Shown: piece by piece, positions 28,487-38,658 of the stretch
Layout of the letters: each line of letters begins with the position of its first letter
Position numbering within the stretch: position 1 is the first letter of the stretch
Source of the DNA: Candidatus Latescibacterota bacterium
GTDB lineage: Bacteria; Latescibacterota; UBA2968; UBA8231
Direction: 5' to 3'
Assembly: GCA_965206595.1 (NCBI GenBank)
Contig: OZ242214.1
Location: forward strand, 4,512,001 to 4,576,000
Length of the DNA stretch: 64,000 bases
Notes under the pieces: generated by a model
The model's input: the letters and a program-made list of their open reading frames with translations, nothing else
The model's database searches: none
What the model was told of the DNA's origin: nothing
Translations under genes and position numbers: made by a program

Positions 28487-31416
28487 CTCTGCCCGACCGA
28501 AGCGTGAGCCGCAGCCAACTGGTGAATGTGGATCGCCTGGACTTCGCGGTTGTCGTCGTCGTGCTGCAGGCGGTAGGCCCGGGTGACGGCCTGGGCGGAC
28601 TCGTCTATCTGGTGGTACTGGTAGGCCGCTTCCGCAAGTTGCGCCTCCGCTTCCCGCCCGAGGGCGCGCAGCGACAGCATGCGGTGGTAGTGGGCGACGC
28701 GGTCCTCCGGATCGATGACGAGCACCCGGTCGAGCGCCTCGAGCGCGGCGTCGAAGCGCCCGTCGAGGTAGAGGACCCGCCCGAGGTTGCGCCAGGAGGC
28801 GCGGTCGTCGGGAAAGGAGGCGAGCACGTGGCGATAGGCGAGCTCGGCGTCGGCATAGCGCCCGTTCTTCTGATGCGTCACTCCCCACACCCATGCGGTC
28901 TGGGGGTCGCCGGACTTCAGCTCCTCGCAGCGCTGTAGGTGGCGGTAGGCTTCGTCTAGGTGGCCGTCGCGCAGCGCCGTCTTCGCCATGTTGCGCGGAC
29001 CGTCGAGGCGTTGCGGCGCCAGCTGGGCGACGGTCTCGAAAGCGAGCATGGCTCCCCGGGTGTCCCCCTGCAGCAGCAGGCCGATGCCGTAGTCGTTGAA
29101 GCGGACCCAGTCTTCCGGCACCGGAAAGCCGGGACCGGCCGCGTTCCCTTCGGCGGTAACCGCCAGGACAAGGGTGTCGGCGGCGATTTCGGTCACCGGC
29201 AGGTCGGGGACGGCGTCGAACCCGGCGAAACCGGCGCGGTTGTTGTTGAACGCGAACTCGGTGTAACGGCGGTCGAATTTCCGCCACAGCAGGCGCGCCC
29301 TGATGGTGATCCGGGAACCGGACAGATCCCCGGGCACCTCGAGCCCGTAGTGGGCGACGTCCGCGGTTCCCGGGCCGATAACCCTGACGTAGACGGGGGC
29401 GAAGATGTCCTGGGCATTGCGCTTGTGGATCGCCTCGCCGTGGCGGTCGACCAGGAGCGCCTTGTAGAAGTGGGCCCCGGGGTCGATGTGCCCGTCCTGC
29501 CTGACCCGGCCGCTGGCGGCCAGCGCGCGCCCCTCTTCGTCGGCGATGGTCACCTCGAGCCAGCCTTCGTTGGAGTCGTTGGTGCCGCCGGGGAAGGTGT
29601 GACCCACGCCCTTGTTGCGGACGACGAGGTCGAACTGTATGCGCTCACCCGGGGCAACTGAGACCTCCCCGGCCGGGGCGAGGATCTCGCCGCCGTCCTC
29701 GCGGCGCACCGCGAACAGGTCGACGCGGAGCTTCTCGTCCCGCAGGAACTCCTCGATGCGGGCGATGGTTTCGGTGTCCCCGCGCAGGAAGGGAAGGGCG
29801 GTGTTGACGGCGATGAAACGGTGCGATTTCACCATGCCGTCCTTGGCCGCGACGTCGCCGAGAACCGACTCTTCCAGGGGCATGTGGCAGTCCTGGCAGA
29901 CCCGCCTTGCCCCCGGCAGGTAGAAGGTGCGGGCGGCATTCAGGGACACGCCGCTGTCGTGCCAGTTGTCGTACTCGTCCTGGCCCCGCAGCCAGCGGTA
30001 GTTGTTGAGGCGCGTGTCGAGACTGACCTTGTGGCAGGTGGCGCAGAACTCCGAGGTGCGGAAGAACGGCTTGAGCATCTGCCGCTTGTGGACCTCCGGG
30101 CGCGCTTTCAGTGCGGTGTCGTGCACGAAGTGGCCGAGGCCGTCCTCCGAGGCGGCGAACAGGTAGGGGTCCTCCTGCTCGTCGGCGATGTTGTAGTTGC
30201 CGTTTCCCGTGACCCCGTCTATCTGGTCGATGGCGTGACAGGCCAGGCAGGTCAGTCCGGCCTGGGCCTGCGGGGTCTCCCGGTCGATCTCGCCGGTCAT
30301 CTTGCCGGCGAGCATCAGCGCCGGGTCGTGGCATCCCGAGCACCACTTCGACTTGACCAGGGCCTCCTTGTCTTCGAGGTCCTCGCGCAGGCTTTCGGGA
30401 GCCCGTTCCCTGAAATAGGCAATGTGGGCGGCGACTTCGGCGTTCCCCCCGGTCGAAACCTCCCTCATGTTTTCGATCGTCGCCTCGTAGAAGGGGTTGT
30501 TGAAAGAGGCGAAGCGATGCGCCGATTTCGACCACTGCTCGACGATGTCGGCGTGGCAGCCGGCGCACTGGGCGGCACCGATCCGCTCTTCGACGACGAA
30601 ACCGTGCCTGCGCAGATCGTCCGACAGCTGCTCGGCGTCCGGAAGGTTGCCGCGCGTGATGATGCGGGACGGCAGGTAGGATCCGGTGGTGGTCGTGGTC
30701 GCCGCGGGAAAGAACGGGCTTTCCGCCGGAACGTAGTTGGCGGGCACGAACGCGTCCGGGGCGTACTCGGCGACGTCGCGGAGCTTCGATCCGGCCCCGA
30801 GATGGGTGCCCTCGGCGAACGCCTTTTCCGCGGCCTCGGTGTAGGCCTCGCGAACGTAGGTGATTCCGTGAAGGGCCACCGCGACCAGGGCGATTCCGGC
30901 GATGGCCGCGGGCACGACGCGGTAGCTGAGGGACGACGGCTTCCAGCGCGAGGTGCGCCTGTGCAGGAGGTAGAACAGCGGCAGCAGCGCCGCGGCCCCG
31001 ACGTGACTCCAGAAAGCCCACCGGTTCTCGCGATTGTTGGCGGCGCTGAGGATGAACAGGCCGGTGACGGTCAGGAGCAGTCCCAGCCCGATGGTGACGA
31101 TGCCGGTGGCGATGGCGCGGCGGCGGCTGCGCCGCCAGACGGCCGGCAGGTGCAGCTCGACGAAGGCGACCGCCAGCACCACCAGCAGCAGGCCGGCGCC
31201 GGTGTGGGACAGCACCATCACCTGGTAGAACTTGGGAAGCGAGGTCTCGGTGACGGCGAAGTAGCCGATCTGCAGGCTGTCGGCCAGCCTGTTGACGAGG
31301 AGATAGAGGGTGTCGGCGAACATGAAGACGCCGAGACCCAGAACGACCAGAAGCAGCTGGCGCTGCCGCGGCCCGAGCCGGCTGGAGGACCTTCTTTGTG
31401 GACTGGGGTTGCTCAT
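28483..31416 (-). CDS. Membrane-anchored multiheme cytochrome c with C-terminal TPR repeats
   Basis: About 5 N-terminal TM helices; five CxxCH (CAGCH, CSGCH, CLACH, CATCH, CQDCH); GHTFPGG; TPR-like helices at the C-terminus. Confidence 0.9.
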   Translation of the reverse strand: MSNPSPQRRSSSRLGPRQRQLLLVVLGLGVFMFADTLYLLVNRLADSLQIGYFAVTETSLPKFYQVMVLSHTGAGLLLVVLAVAFVELHLPAVWRRSRRRAIATGIVTIGLGLLLTVTGLFILSAANNRENRWAFWSHVGAAALLPLFYLLHRRTSRWKPSSLSYRVVPAAIAGIALVAVALHGITYVREAYTEAAEKAFAEGTHLGAGSKLRDVAEYAPDAFVPANYVPAESPFFPAATTTTTGSYLPSRIITRGNLPDAEQLSDDLRRHGFVVEERIGAAQCAGCHADIVEQWSKSAHRFASFNNPFYEATIENMREVSTGGNAEVAAHIAYFRERAPESLREDLEDKEALVKSKWCSGCHDPALMLAGKMTGEIDRETPQAQAGLTCLACHAIDQIDGVTGNGNYNIADEQEDPYLFAASEDGLGHFVHDTALKARPEVHKRQMLKPFFRTSEFCATCHKVSLDTRLNNYRWLRGQDEYDNWHDSGVSLNAARTFYLPGARRVCQDCHMPLEESVLGDVAAKDGMVKSHRFIAVNTALPFLRGDTETIARIEEFLRDEKLRVDLFAVRREDGGEILAPAGEVSVAPGERIQFDLVVRNKGVGHTFPGGTNDSNEGWLEVTIADEEGRALAASGRVRQDGHIDPGAHFYKALLVDRHGEAIHKRNAQDIFAPVYVRVIGPGTADVAHYGLEVPGDLSGSRITIRARLLWRKFDRRYTEFAFNNNRAGFAGFDAVPDLPVTEIAADTLVLAVTAEGNAAGPGFPVPEDWVRFNDYGIGLLLQGDTRGAMLAFETVAQLAPQRLDGPRNMAKTALRDGHLDEAYRHLQRCEELKSGDPQTAWVWGVTHQKNGRYADAELAYRHVLASFPDDRASWRNLGRVLYLDGRFDAALEALDRVLVIDPEDRVAHYHRMLSLRALGREAEAQLAEAAYQYHQIDESAQAVTRAYRLQHDDDNREVQAIHIHQLAAAHASVGQR

Positions 31417-32014
31417 GCGAGGGGCTGCAACGGACCCGGCGGGGGCCGCAGGAGAGCGGTGGAGCTGCTGGAAGGGGGGCGGTTCCGCCGCTCCTGAAAT
31501 ACTCGTAACTCAAAATAATTCAGATAGTTCGGGCCGGCAAACCGCACGGCGGCGGCGGGCGGACCAGGGCTCTGGGGGAGCGCGCCGGAACCTCTTGGGA
31601 CGCACATGGCGTCCGCCCCCCCAGGCACTGCGGGACCGCGCCGGACCCGCGCTTGGGGCACACCAGTCCGCCGCCGGAAAACGCTTCCCGAGCTGCTCGA
31701 TGGAGGTCATGGAAACCTTTCCGGGCCGCCCCCGGGCTTTGGGGAGCGCCGGACTGACTCTTGGGCAAACCCGTGCGAGGCCGCCCGGACCTCGCGGCTG
31801 CTCCGGGAGCGGGTGAAAACCCGCGTGCGCGCTCCGGGGAATTTACCCGCAGTGGAGGGTACGGACGGTCGAAGCGATCCCGGGGAAGCAGAACGGCCCA
31901 ACCGCCGCGGGCAGGCTGCGAGATCCTGGGCAGGGACGGTTGCCAGCCGGCAGTGGCTTGTCCAGGCGGGGCACCGGGGGTTAGTATTGGCTCCTCTCCA
32001 CGCTGCCGATACCC

Positions 32015-32827
32015 ATGACAATTACGCAGTCGCTCGTGCTCGGGATCGTCCAGGGATTGACGGAATTCCTGCCGATCAGCAGCACCGCCCACCTCCTGAT
32101 CGTCCCCTACTTTGTGGGATGGCAGGACCCCGGGACCGCGTTTTCCGCCGCCATTCAGCTCGGCACCCTGGCCGCGGTCTTCATCTATTTCGCCGGGGAC
32201 ATAAAACGCCTGGCGTCGGCCGCCTGGGAGGGCCTGCGACGGCGCGACCTGCGCCACAGCCAGGACTCGCTGCTCGCCTGGGCGATCATCCCCGGCACCC
32301 TGCCGATCGCGGTGCTGGGCCTGGGCTTTCGCGGTTTTATCGAGGACGAGGCGCGCGGTCTGTCGATCGTGGCCTCTGCGCTGATTGCGGGGGCGGTCCT
32401 GCTTCTGTTTGCCGAAAAAACCGGGAAGCGCAACCGCGGTATGGAAGGCCTGCGCTTCTGGCACATCCAGTTCATCGGCGTCTGCCAGGCCCTGGCCCTG
32501 ATTCCCGGAAGCTCGCGCTCCGGCGTAACCATCGCCGGGGGGATGCTCGCCGGACTCCGCCGGGAGGCGGCGGCCCGTTTCTCCTTTCTGCTCGGGCTCC
32601 CCGCGATCGCCGCCAGCGGGCTGCTGCAGCTGATCGAGGTCATGCGCGGGGAGACCGGCGATCTCCTCGATCTCGCCGTCGGCATCGCCGCCGCGGGAAT
32701 CAGCGGCTACCTGGCGATAGGTTTCCTGCTCCGTTTCCTCGAGCGCTACGGAACCCACGGCTTCGCCTGTTACCGACTGGCACTGGGGGCTGCGCTCCTT
32801 GTGATGAATTTGGCGTGGCAGGGATGA
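32015..32827 (+). CDS. uppP: Undecaprenyl-diphosphate phosphatase
   Basis: GIVQGLTEFLPISSTAH, QALALIPGSSRSG, AARFSFLL. Confidence 0.97.
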   Translation: MTITQSLVLGIVQGLTEFLPISSTAHLLIVPYFVGWQDPGTAFSAAIQLGTLAAVFIYFAGDIKRLASAAWEGLRRRDLRHSQDSLLAWAIIPGTLPIAVLGLGFRGFIEDEARGLSIVASALIAGAVLLLFAEKTGKRNRGMEGLRFWHIQFIGVCQALALIPGSSRSGVTIAGGMLAGLRREAAARFSFLLGLPAIAASGLLQLIEVMRGETGDLLDLAVGIAAAGISGYLAIGFLLRFLERYGTHGFACYRLALGAALLVMNLAWQG

Positions 32828-32975
32828 GTCGCCGCAAGCGGGTCTCTTGCGCACGCCGTCGCGTCCGTTTCAGCTCGGCTCGAAAACCATATTGAATGCC
32901 CAACACAAGCCTAATCGTCTCCGCGACGGTACGGCATTGTGCCATCAATCTCACCAACCGCGATGAGAAAGGACC

Positions 32976-33767
32976 ATGTATCCGAATCCACTGAAGCAGA
33001 AACTGCAGGACGGAGAGCTGGTGCTCGGCACCGGTCTTTCCGCCTTCACGCCGCAGGTCGCCGGGATGACCTGCAACGCCGACATCGATTTCGTCTGGAT
33101 CTGCACCGAGCACTCTCCGTACTCGTTCGAGACTCTCGACGTCATCCCCTCGCTGATCCGTCAGCGCGGGGTGGCGCCGATGATTCGCGTCGCCAACAAC
33201 GACGCCGGGTTGATCAAAAAGGCGTATGACGTAGGGGCTGTGGCGGTGATGGTTCCGCAGGTCGACACGCCCGCAGAGGCCGCCGCGGCGGTGGAGCACG
33301 CCCACTACCCGCCCGAGGGGAAACGCGGCATCACCCCGAACTGGCCCTGGGTCGTCGGGGTCGACTGGACCCACGTCATCCGTACGGCAAACGAGGAGAC
33401 CGTGCTGATCCTGCAGCTGGAAAGCCGGAAAGCCTACGACAATCTCGACGCCATCGTCGAAGTCGGCGGTTTCGACGTCCTGCTGGTCGGGCCGATGGAC
33501 CTGTCCGCTTCCGTCGGACGCATCACCGAAACCGGCTGCGAAGAGGTGCAGGGCATCATGGAGGAGGTGCCCCGCAGAATCGCCGGATCCGGCATCGTCG
33601 CCGGCACCACCCTCGGCTTGGTCGCCGAAGTCCAGGAGAAGTACCGCTGGGGGTACCGCTTTCTCAACGTCGGCAATCCGCTGGCGTACGGCATGCAGGT
33701 GCTGAGCCGGAACCTCGCGACATTGCGCTCCGATCCGGCGGGGGAAAGGGGCGTACACGGGGGATGA
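32976..33767 (+). CDS. HpcH/HpaI aldolase family protein
   Basis: DFVWICTEH, MVPQV, YPPEGKRG, LQLES, VGPMDLS. Confidence 0.9.
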   Translation: MYPNPLKQKLQDGELVLGTGLSAFTPQVAGMTCNADIDFVWICTEHSPYSFETLDVIPSLIRQRGVAPMIRVANNDAGLIKKAYDVGAVAVMVPQVDTPAEAAAAVEHAHYPPEGKRGITPNWPWVVGVDWTHVIRTANEETVLILQLESRKAYDNLDAIVEVGGFDVLLVGPMDLSASVGRITETGCEEVQGIMEEVPRRIAGSGIVAGTTLGLVAEVQEKYRWGYRFLNVGNPLAYGMQVLSRNLATLRSDPAGERGVHGG

Positions 33768-33883
33768 CGGGCGGCCCGGTCCCCGGAAATTGGCGGCTGG
33801 GGGGGTACCGCGGATGCCTGAATAGCGATGAATTCCACCGTTCCAAGGGAAAATGTGGAAGAACCTCCGAAATGCACAGCCGA

Positions 33884-33892
33884 TGTGGATAA
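33884..33892 (-). promoter_or_regulatory. Perfect DnaA box (TTATCCACA) with nearby degenerate copies
   Basis: TGTGGATAA on + strand in a relatively AT-rich intergenic stretch. Confidence 0.4.
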
Positions 33893-34338
33893 GTTGTGAG
33901 GGCAAATGTGAGTAGCGCGGGGTTTGCGGATTAAGACCGAAATAGGACTATGTAGAAAAGGCTTTTAATTGGAATTCCACCCTGGGTTTGGTCCTCGCCC
34001 TAGTGTCCTCTCCCATCCAAATCTTGCCATTCTTCCGCCGATCTTCAGGGTAAAATCGCGGTTCAATCCAACCCAGGTCATATGTGCGGTTTTTCTTCAA
34101 TCCCGGCTCGAGGCGTTGCCATTGTTCGCAGTACACCCCGGTACGACTCGTTTCGGGACGTCTTGGGAGCGGGCGGGGTGCCTCGGCCTTTCCATCCATT
34201 TCGGAACAGGAGGCCGATTCCAGCCGCGGTTCAGCCGGCTGGAGCGCCAGACGGTTTACCCTTGGGGTGGCGCTGCAGACCCTGCCCTTCAGGCAGTTGC
34301 GGCGCTGACAGGCATCGTACGGAAAGGAGATTTCGCTG

Positions 34339-35706
34339 GTGAGCAGCGCCTGGCATGAGATCGACCGCTACCTGATCGGCGAGGCCTGGGCGGGCTCCCG
34401 CATCGGTCCCCACCTGAAAAAGCTCTGTGACGAGATCGGCCCTCGCTGGGCATCGTCCGCTCAGGAGTGGCGGACGATCGACTACATCCGCGAGCAGTTT
34501 TCGGCCTGCGGCCTCGACGCAGTGGATGTCGAGGAGTACGAGATGGACACCTGGTCCTGGTCTGCCGCCGGGGCGACCCTCGAGAACGGACGCGAACTCG
34601 ATCTGCTGCCGGTGATCTGGTGCCCCTCGTTCGACGTCGAGGCGCCGGTGGTCGACGTCGGTTTCGGGACCGGGCGGGAAATCGCCGCGGCCGCGGGTTT
34701 GCCCGGAGCCGTCGCGGTGATGGCACTCGTCCACGCGCCCTTCACGAGGCCGTCTCCCCATGCCTGTCGCCTGCGCAACCTCGCCGACGCGGGGGCGGCC
34801 GCGGCGGTCGTCATCGACGTCAAGGAGGGCGGTCGCAAGGAGTACCACAGCGCCCACGACCTCGCGGATCCGGATTTTCCCGATCCGCCGCTCCCCGCAG
34901 TCACCGTCTCAAGGGAAGATGGGCAGTTGCTGCGCCGGCAGGCAGGCTCGCGCCTGCACTTGCGCGCCGAGACCAGCACCTTCCGGGCTCCGTCCGCCAA
35001 CGTCGTCGGCGAGCTCGAGGGGGCCGGAACGGGCGGCGAACACCTCGTCCTCGGCGCCCACCACGATACCGTGTACGGGGCCCCGGGCGGCAACGACAAC
35101 TCCTCGGGAGTCATCGCGGTTCTCGAGACGGCGCGGGTGCTGGCCGGTTTGCGCCGCGAAACCGGGGAGGCTCCGGGATGCTCCCTGCGTTTCGTCACCT
35201 ACAGCGCCGAGGAGCAGCGTTTCCAGGGATCCTTCGCCTTCGTCAACCGCCACTATGGTCCGGAGAGACCGCCGCGGCTGGCGCTCAATCTCGATGAGCT
35301 GAGCACCGGGCACATGAAGGGGGTCGTCCTCGGCTTCCCCCACCTGCAGCCGCTCCTGCAGCGGCAGCTCGACGACATGGGGGAAGGCCACCAGTGCCAC
35401 GTCATGTCACAGCTCGACGCCTCTTCCGACCACTTTCCCTACCTGGCGGCAGGGCTGGATGCGGGACACCTGTGGCGCTGGCGGTTCGTCGGCCGCCACG
35501 GCGACTCCGACTTCCACCACGAGCCGGGAGACAGCGCCGACAAGCTGAACGTCCGGGAACTGAAGGAGTACGTCGCCCACCTGGCGCGGCTGCTACTGCG
35601 GCTTTCGCGGGTACCGGCGCCGGAGTGGCCGCCGAATCCTGTGACCCCGGAGGAAGCCGCGGCCCGCCTCGAGCGGGAGCGCGGTTCCGTGGTCAGGGTG
35701 TTCTGA
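34339..35706 (+). CDS. M28 family metallopeptidase with PA domain
   Basis: GAHHDT, DNSSG, AEEQ, NLDE, SDH, HHEPGD. Confidence 0.88.
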   Translation: MSSAWHEIDRYLIGEAWAGSRIGPHLKKLCDEIGPRWASSAQEWRTIDYIREQFSACGLDAVDVEEYEMDTWSWSAAGATLENGRELDLLPVIWCPSFDVEAPVVDVGFGTGREIAAAAGLPGAVAVMALVHAPFTRPSPHACRLRNLADAGAAAAVVIDVKEGGRKEYHSAHDLADPDFPDPPLPAVTVSREDGQLLRRQAGSRLHLRAETSTFRAPSANVVGELEGAGTGGEHLVLGAHHDTVYGAPGGNDNSSGVIAVLETARVLAGLRRETGEAPGCSLRFVTYSAEEQRFQGSFAFVNRHYGPERPPRLALNLDELSTGHMKGVVLGFPHLQPLLQRQLDDMGEGHQCHVMSQLDASSDHFPYLAAGLDAGHLWRWRFVGRHGDSDFHHEPGDSADKLNVRELKEYVAHLARLLLRLSRVPAPEWPPNPVTPEEAAARLERERGSVVRVF

Positions 35707-35737
35707 GCCGGCGACCGCCACGGGATCGCCCGGCATT

Positions 35738-37198
35738 TCAGCGGGTGCTTTTTCCGGCGAGGACGAACCAGATCGTCCGCAGCATGATCTTGAAATCGAG
35801 AGCGAGGGATACGTTCTCGATGTAGTACAGATCGTACTCCAGGCGCTCCTGGGCGATCCCGTGCAGATCCTTCGAGTCGAGATCGAACTCATGCTTCGAC
35901 TGGGCCCATCCGAGCAGGCCCGGCTTGACGTTGAAGCGGCGCATGTAGAACGGGATTTCGCGGGAGAACTGGTCGACGAAAAAGGGCCGCTCCGGACGCG
36001 GACCGACCAGGCTCATGTCCCCCTTGAGGAAGTTGATGCACTGCGGGATCTCGTCGAAATGCAGGGCCCGCAGCAGGCGGCCGATCTGGGTGATCCTCGG
36101 ATCGTCGCTCCCAGCCCAGACCGGCCCGGTTTCCTCTTCGGCGTCGACCCGCATCGAGCGGAACTTGTACATCGTGAACACCCGGCCGCCGCGGCCGACC
36201 CGCTCCTGCCGGAACAGCACCGGACCCGGCGAGGACGCCTTTATGACCACAGCGGTCAGCACCCAGACCGGCAGCAGGCCGACCAGCACGACAAGGGCGA
36301 CGGCGACGTCGATCAAGCGCTTGGTCGCCTCCTGCCAGGGAGCCATCAGCCGGGGCTTCAGCTCCATCAGTGGCATACCGTAGATCTGGTTGGTGCGCAC
36401 GTGCCCGGTGACGATGTCGTACAGATCCGGGATGATGCTGAACGACACCGGGTGGTCGCCTCCGGCCTCGACGATCTCGAGGATTTCCTCGTGCGTGTTG
36501 GAGCGCAGGGCGATCAGCACCGCCTGCACGGAGCGTTCGCGCAGGATGCGGTCGAGATCTTCAACCTGCCCCAGCACCGGGACGTCGCCGACCGATGGAC
36601 GCTCCGCGTCGTTGCGGGCGCGCACGAATCCGATGACGTCGTGCACGCGTACGGTCCGCGAGTGAAGATCCTGCAGCAGCCGCTCGCCGCGCTCGTCGGT
36701 GCCGACGATCAGCGCCTTCAGGCGGCCGATCCCGGAAATCAGCAGGTGGCGCTGGAGAGACCGCAGGGCGAAGCGGCCTCCCCCGACCAGGCAGACCATG
36801 GAGAGCCAGTACGACACGAGGAGGAAACGCGTGAAGGAAAAGCCGCTCTCGAGGTCGAAGGTGGCGATCAGCAGTAGCAGGAATCCCGTGGTCACCACCT
36901 TGATCACGGCGAAGGTCTCATCGAGACGGGACAGCGGCTGCTCCAGGCGGTACATCCCGGAAAAGATGAACAGAACCAGCCAGCAGCAGTACACCAGCGG
37001 CAGGGCGTCGTAACTGTAATACTGCAGAGCGAAAGAGAACGGCATCTCCCCGTCGCCGCGCGCCTGCTCCTGCCAGGCGGCTGCGGCGCCGGCAAGCTTC
37101 CCGCCGGCGAACCGCAGCCAAAGGAGGGCCACGGTCGCCAGGTTGATGGCGGCGAGATCGATGGCGATCAGCAGCAGCTTTTCCTGGATTTTCGGCAT
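35738..37198 (-). CDS. Undecaprenyl-phosphate sugar phosphotransferase (WcaJ/WbaP-like priming glycosyltransferase)
   Basis: N-terminal TMs, KRLID, KFRSM, DPRIT, DEIPQ, GDMSLVGPRPE, KPGLLGWAQ. Confidence 0.95.
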   Translation of the reverse strand: MPKIQEKLLLIAIDLAAINLATVALLWLRFAGGKLAGAAAAWQEQARGDGEMPFSFALQYYSYDALPLVYCCWLVLFIFSGMYRLEQPLSRLDETFAVIKVVTTGFLLLLIATFDLESGFSFTRFLLVSYWLSMVCLVGGGRFALRSLQRHLLISGIGRLKALIVGTDERGERLLQDLHSRTVRVHDVIGFVRARNDAERPSVGDVPVLGQVEDLDRILRERSVQAVLIALRSNTHEEILEIVEAGGDHPVSFSIIPDLYDIVTGHVRTNQIYGMPLMELKPRLMAPWQEATKRLIDVAVALVVLVGLLPVWVLTAVVIKASSPGPVLFRQERVGRGGRVFTMYKFRSMRVDAEEETGPVWAGSDDPRITQIGRLLRALHFDEIPQCINFLKGDMSLVGPRPERPFFVDQFSREIPFYMRRFNVKPGLLGWAQSKHEFDLDSKDLHGIAQERLEYDLYYIENVSLALDFKIMLRTIWFVLAGKSTR

Positions 37199-37244
37199 CG
37201 AGGTTACTGGTTGATCCGCCCCGGAAGGGGCCGCTTCGGAGCGG

Positions 37245-38582
37245 TCAAGAGCGGATTACGCCCAGGACTTCGTCGCGCCTGGCAGTCATCGTCTCCTGCG
37301 ACCTGCCTTCCAGGTTCAGCCTCAATAGCGGCTCGGTGTTGGAGGACCGCACGTTGAAGTGCCAGTCGTCGAAGCTGACCGAGATGCCATCGATGTACTC
37401 GATCTCGCCTTCGCCGTAACGTTCGGCCAGCTCGGCGATCTTGGCCTGCGGGTCGGCCACCTCGGAGTTTAGCTCCCCTGAGATGAAGTAGCCGGACTCG
37501 AAAGGGGCAAGCAGCCGGGAAAGCTTGCCCCGCAGCGACAGGATTTCGAGCAACAGCAGCGAAGGCAGGATGCCTGAGTCGGCGCCGAAGAAATCGCGGA
37601 AGTAGAAATGGCCGCTCACCTCGCCGGCGAAGATCGCCCCTTCTTCGAACATCCGCGGTTTGATGAAGGCGTGGCCGACGCGCTCGACGAGGGCCTCCCC
37701 GCCGGCGGCGGAGATGAAGTCACGTACCGCCCAGGAGCAACGCACGTCGTAGAGAATCCGGGATCCCGGGTGGCGCTCCAGCAGATACCCCCCCATCAAC
37801 GCGGTCAGGAAGTCGCCCGGCACGAACTGCCCGCGGTCGTCGATGACGAAGAAGCGGTCGCCGTCGCCGTCGAAGGCAAACCCGACGTCGGCCTGCTCTT
37901 CCCGCACCCGCCGCACCAGATCGGCGCGGTTCTCCTCCTCCATGGGGTCGAGTCCGTGGTTCGGCAGGCGGCCGTCCGGTTCGAGGTACATCCCGATCAG
38001 CTCGACCGGCAGGGATTCGTACACCCGCTCGAGGATGGGGCCGACCATTCCGTTTGCCGTATCTGCGACCACTTTCAGCGGCCGCAGCCGGCTGGGATCG
38101 ATGAGGTCGAGGAGCTTGTCGACGAACTGGGAGCTGAGGTCGATCCGGCGCACTTCACCCCGCCTCGTCGCCGAAGCATAGCTCTCGTTTTCGACGATTC
38201 TCCGCAGGTCCTGAATGCCGGCGTCGCCGCTTAACAGGTAGGGCATGTCGCGCACCATCTTGAAGCCGGAGTAGGCCGCGGGGTTGTGCGACGCGGTGAC
38301 CATCATCCCCGGCCTGCAGAGGGTGGCGCAGGCGAAGTAGAACTGATCGGTGCTGACCATGCCGAGGTCGAGTACATCGGCGCCTTGCCGTGTCAGACCA
38401 TTGACGACGGCTTCGAATATCGTCGGGCTTGACAGGCGCATGTCGCGGCCGGCGACGACCTCTTGCGGCTGCAGGAACGTCGCGAAGGCGCGTCCGATCG
38501 CTTCGGCCGCCTCCTCGTTCAGCTGTTCCGGGTAGATGCCGCGAATGTCGTACGCTTTGAAAATCGACGGATCTACGTGCAT
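37245..38582 (-). CDS. Phosphomannomutase/phosphoglucomutase
   Basis: FKAYDIRG, TASHNP, DGDGDR, GEVSGH. Confidence 0.95.
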   Translation of the reverse strand: MHVDPSIFKAYDIRGIYPEQLNEEAAEAIGRAFATFLQPQEVVAGRDMRLSSPTIFEAVVNGLTRQGADVLDLGMVSTDQFYFACATLCRPGMMVTASHNPAAYSGFKMVRDMPYLLSGDAGIQDLRRIVENESYASATRRGEVRRIDLSSQFVDKLLDLIDPSRLRPLKVVADTANGMVGPILERVYESLPVELIGMYLEPDGRLPNHGLDPMEEENRADLVRRVREEQADVGFAFDGDGDRFFVIDDRGQFVPGDFLTALMGGYLLERHPGSRILYDVRCSWAVRDFISAAGGEALVERVGHAFIKPRMFEEGAIFAGEVSGHFYFRDFFGADSGILPSLLLLEILSLRGKLSRLLAPFESGYFISGELNSEVADPQAKIAELAERYGEGEIEYIDGISVSFDDWHFNVRSSNTEPLLRLNLEGRSQETMTARRDEVLGVIRS

Positions 38583-38658
38583 GGGACCTGTGGCGGGGAC
38601 GAAGCGCGTGGTGCCGTTTCTTCGACGCGCGCGGTTGCCGATGGGTTGCAGGTAAGTG

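Noticed and set aside
31530-31775. c-di-GMP-I riboswitch suggested by GGCAAACC and GGGACGCA words
   Set aside because: Spacing and order do not fit, and the GNRA-capped stem between them is missing.
37215-37244. Two short GC hairpins between PMM and the priming GT as a terminator
   Set aside because: No U-tract follows, and the genes appear co-transcribed.
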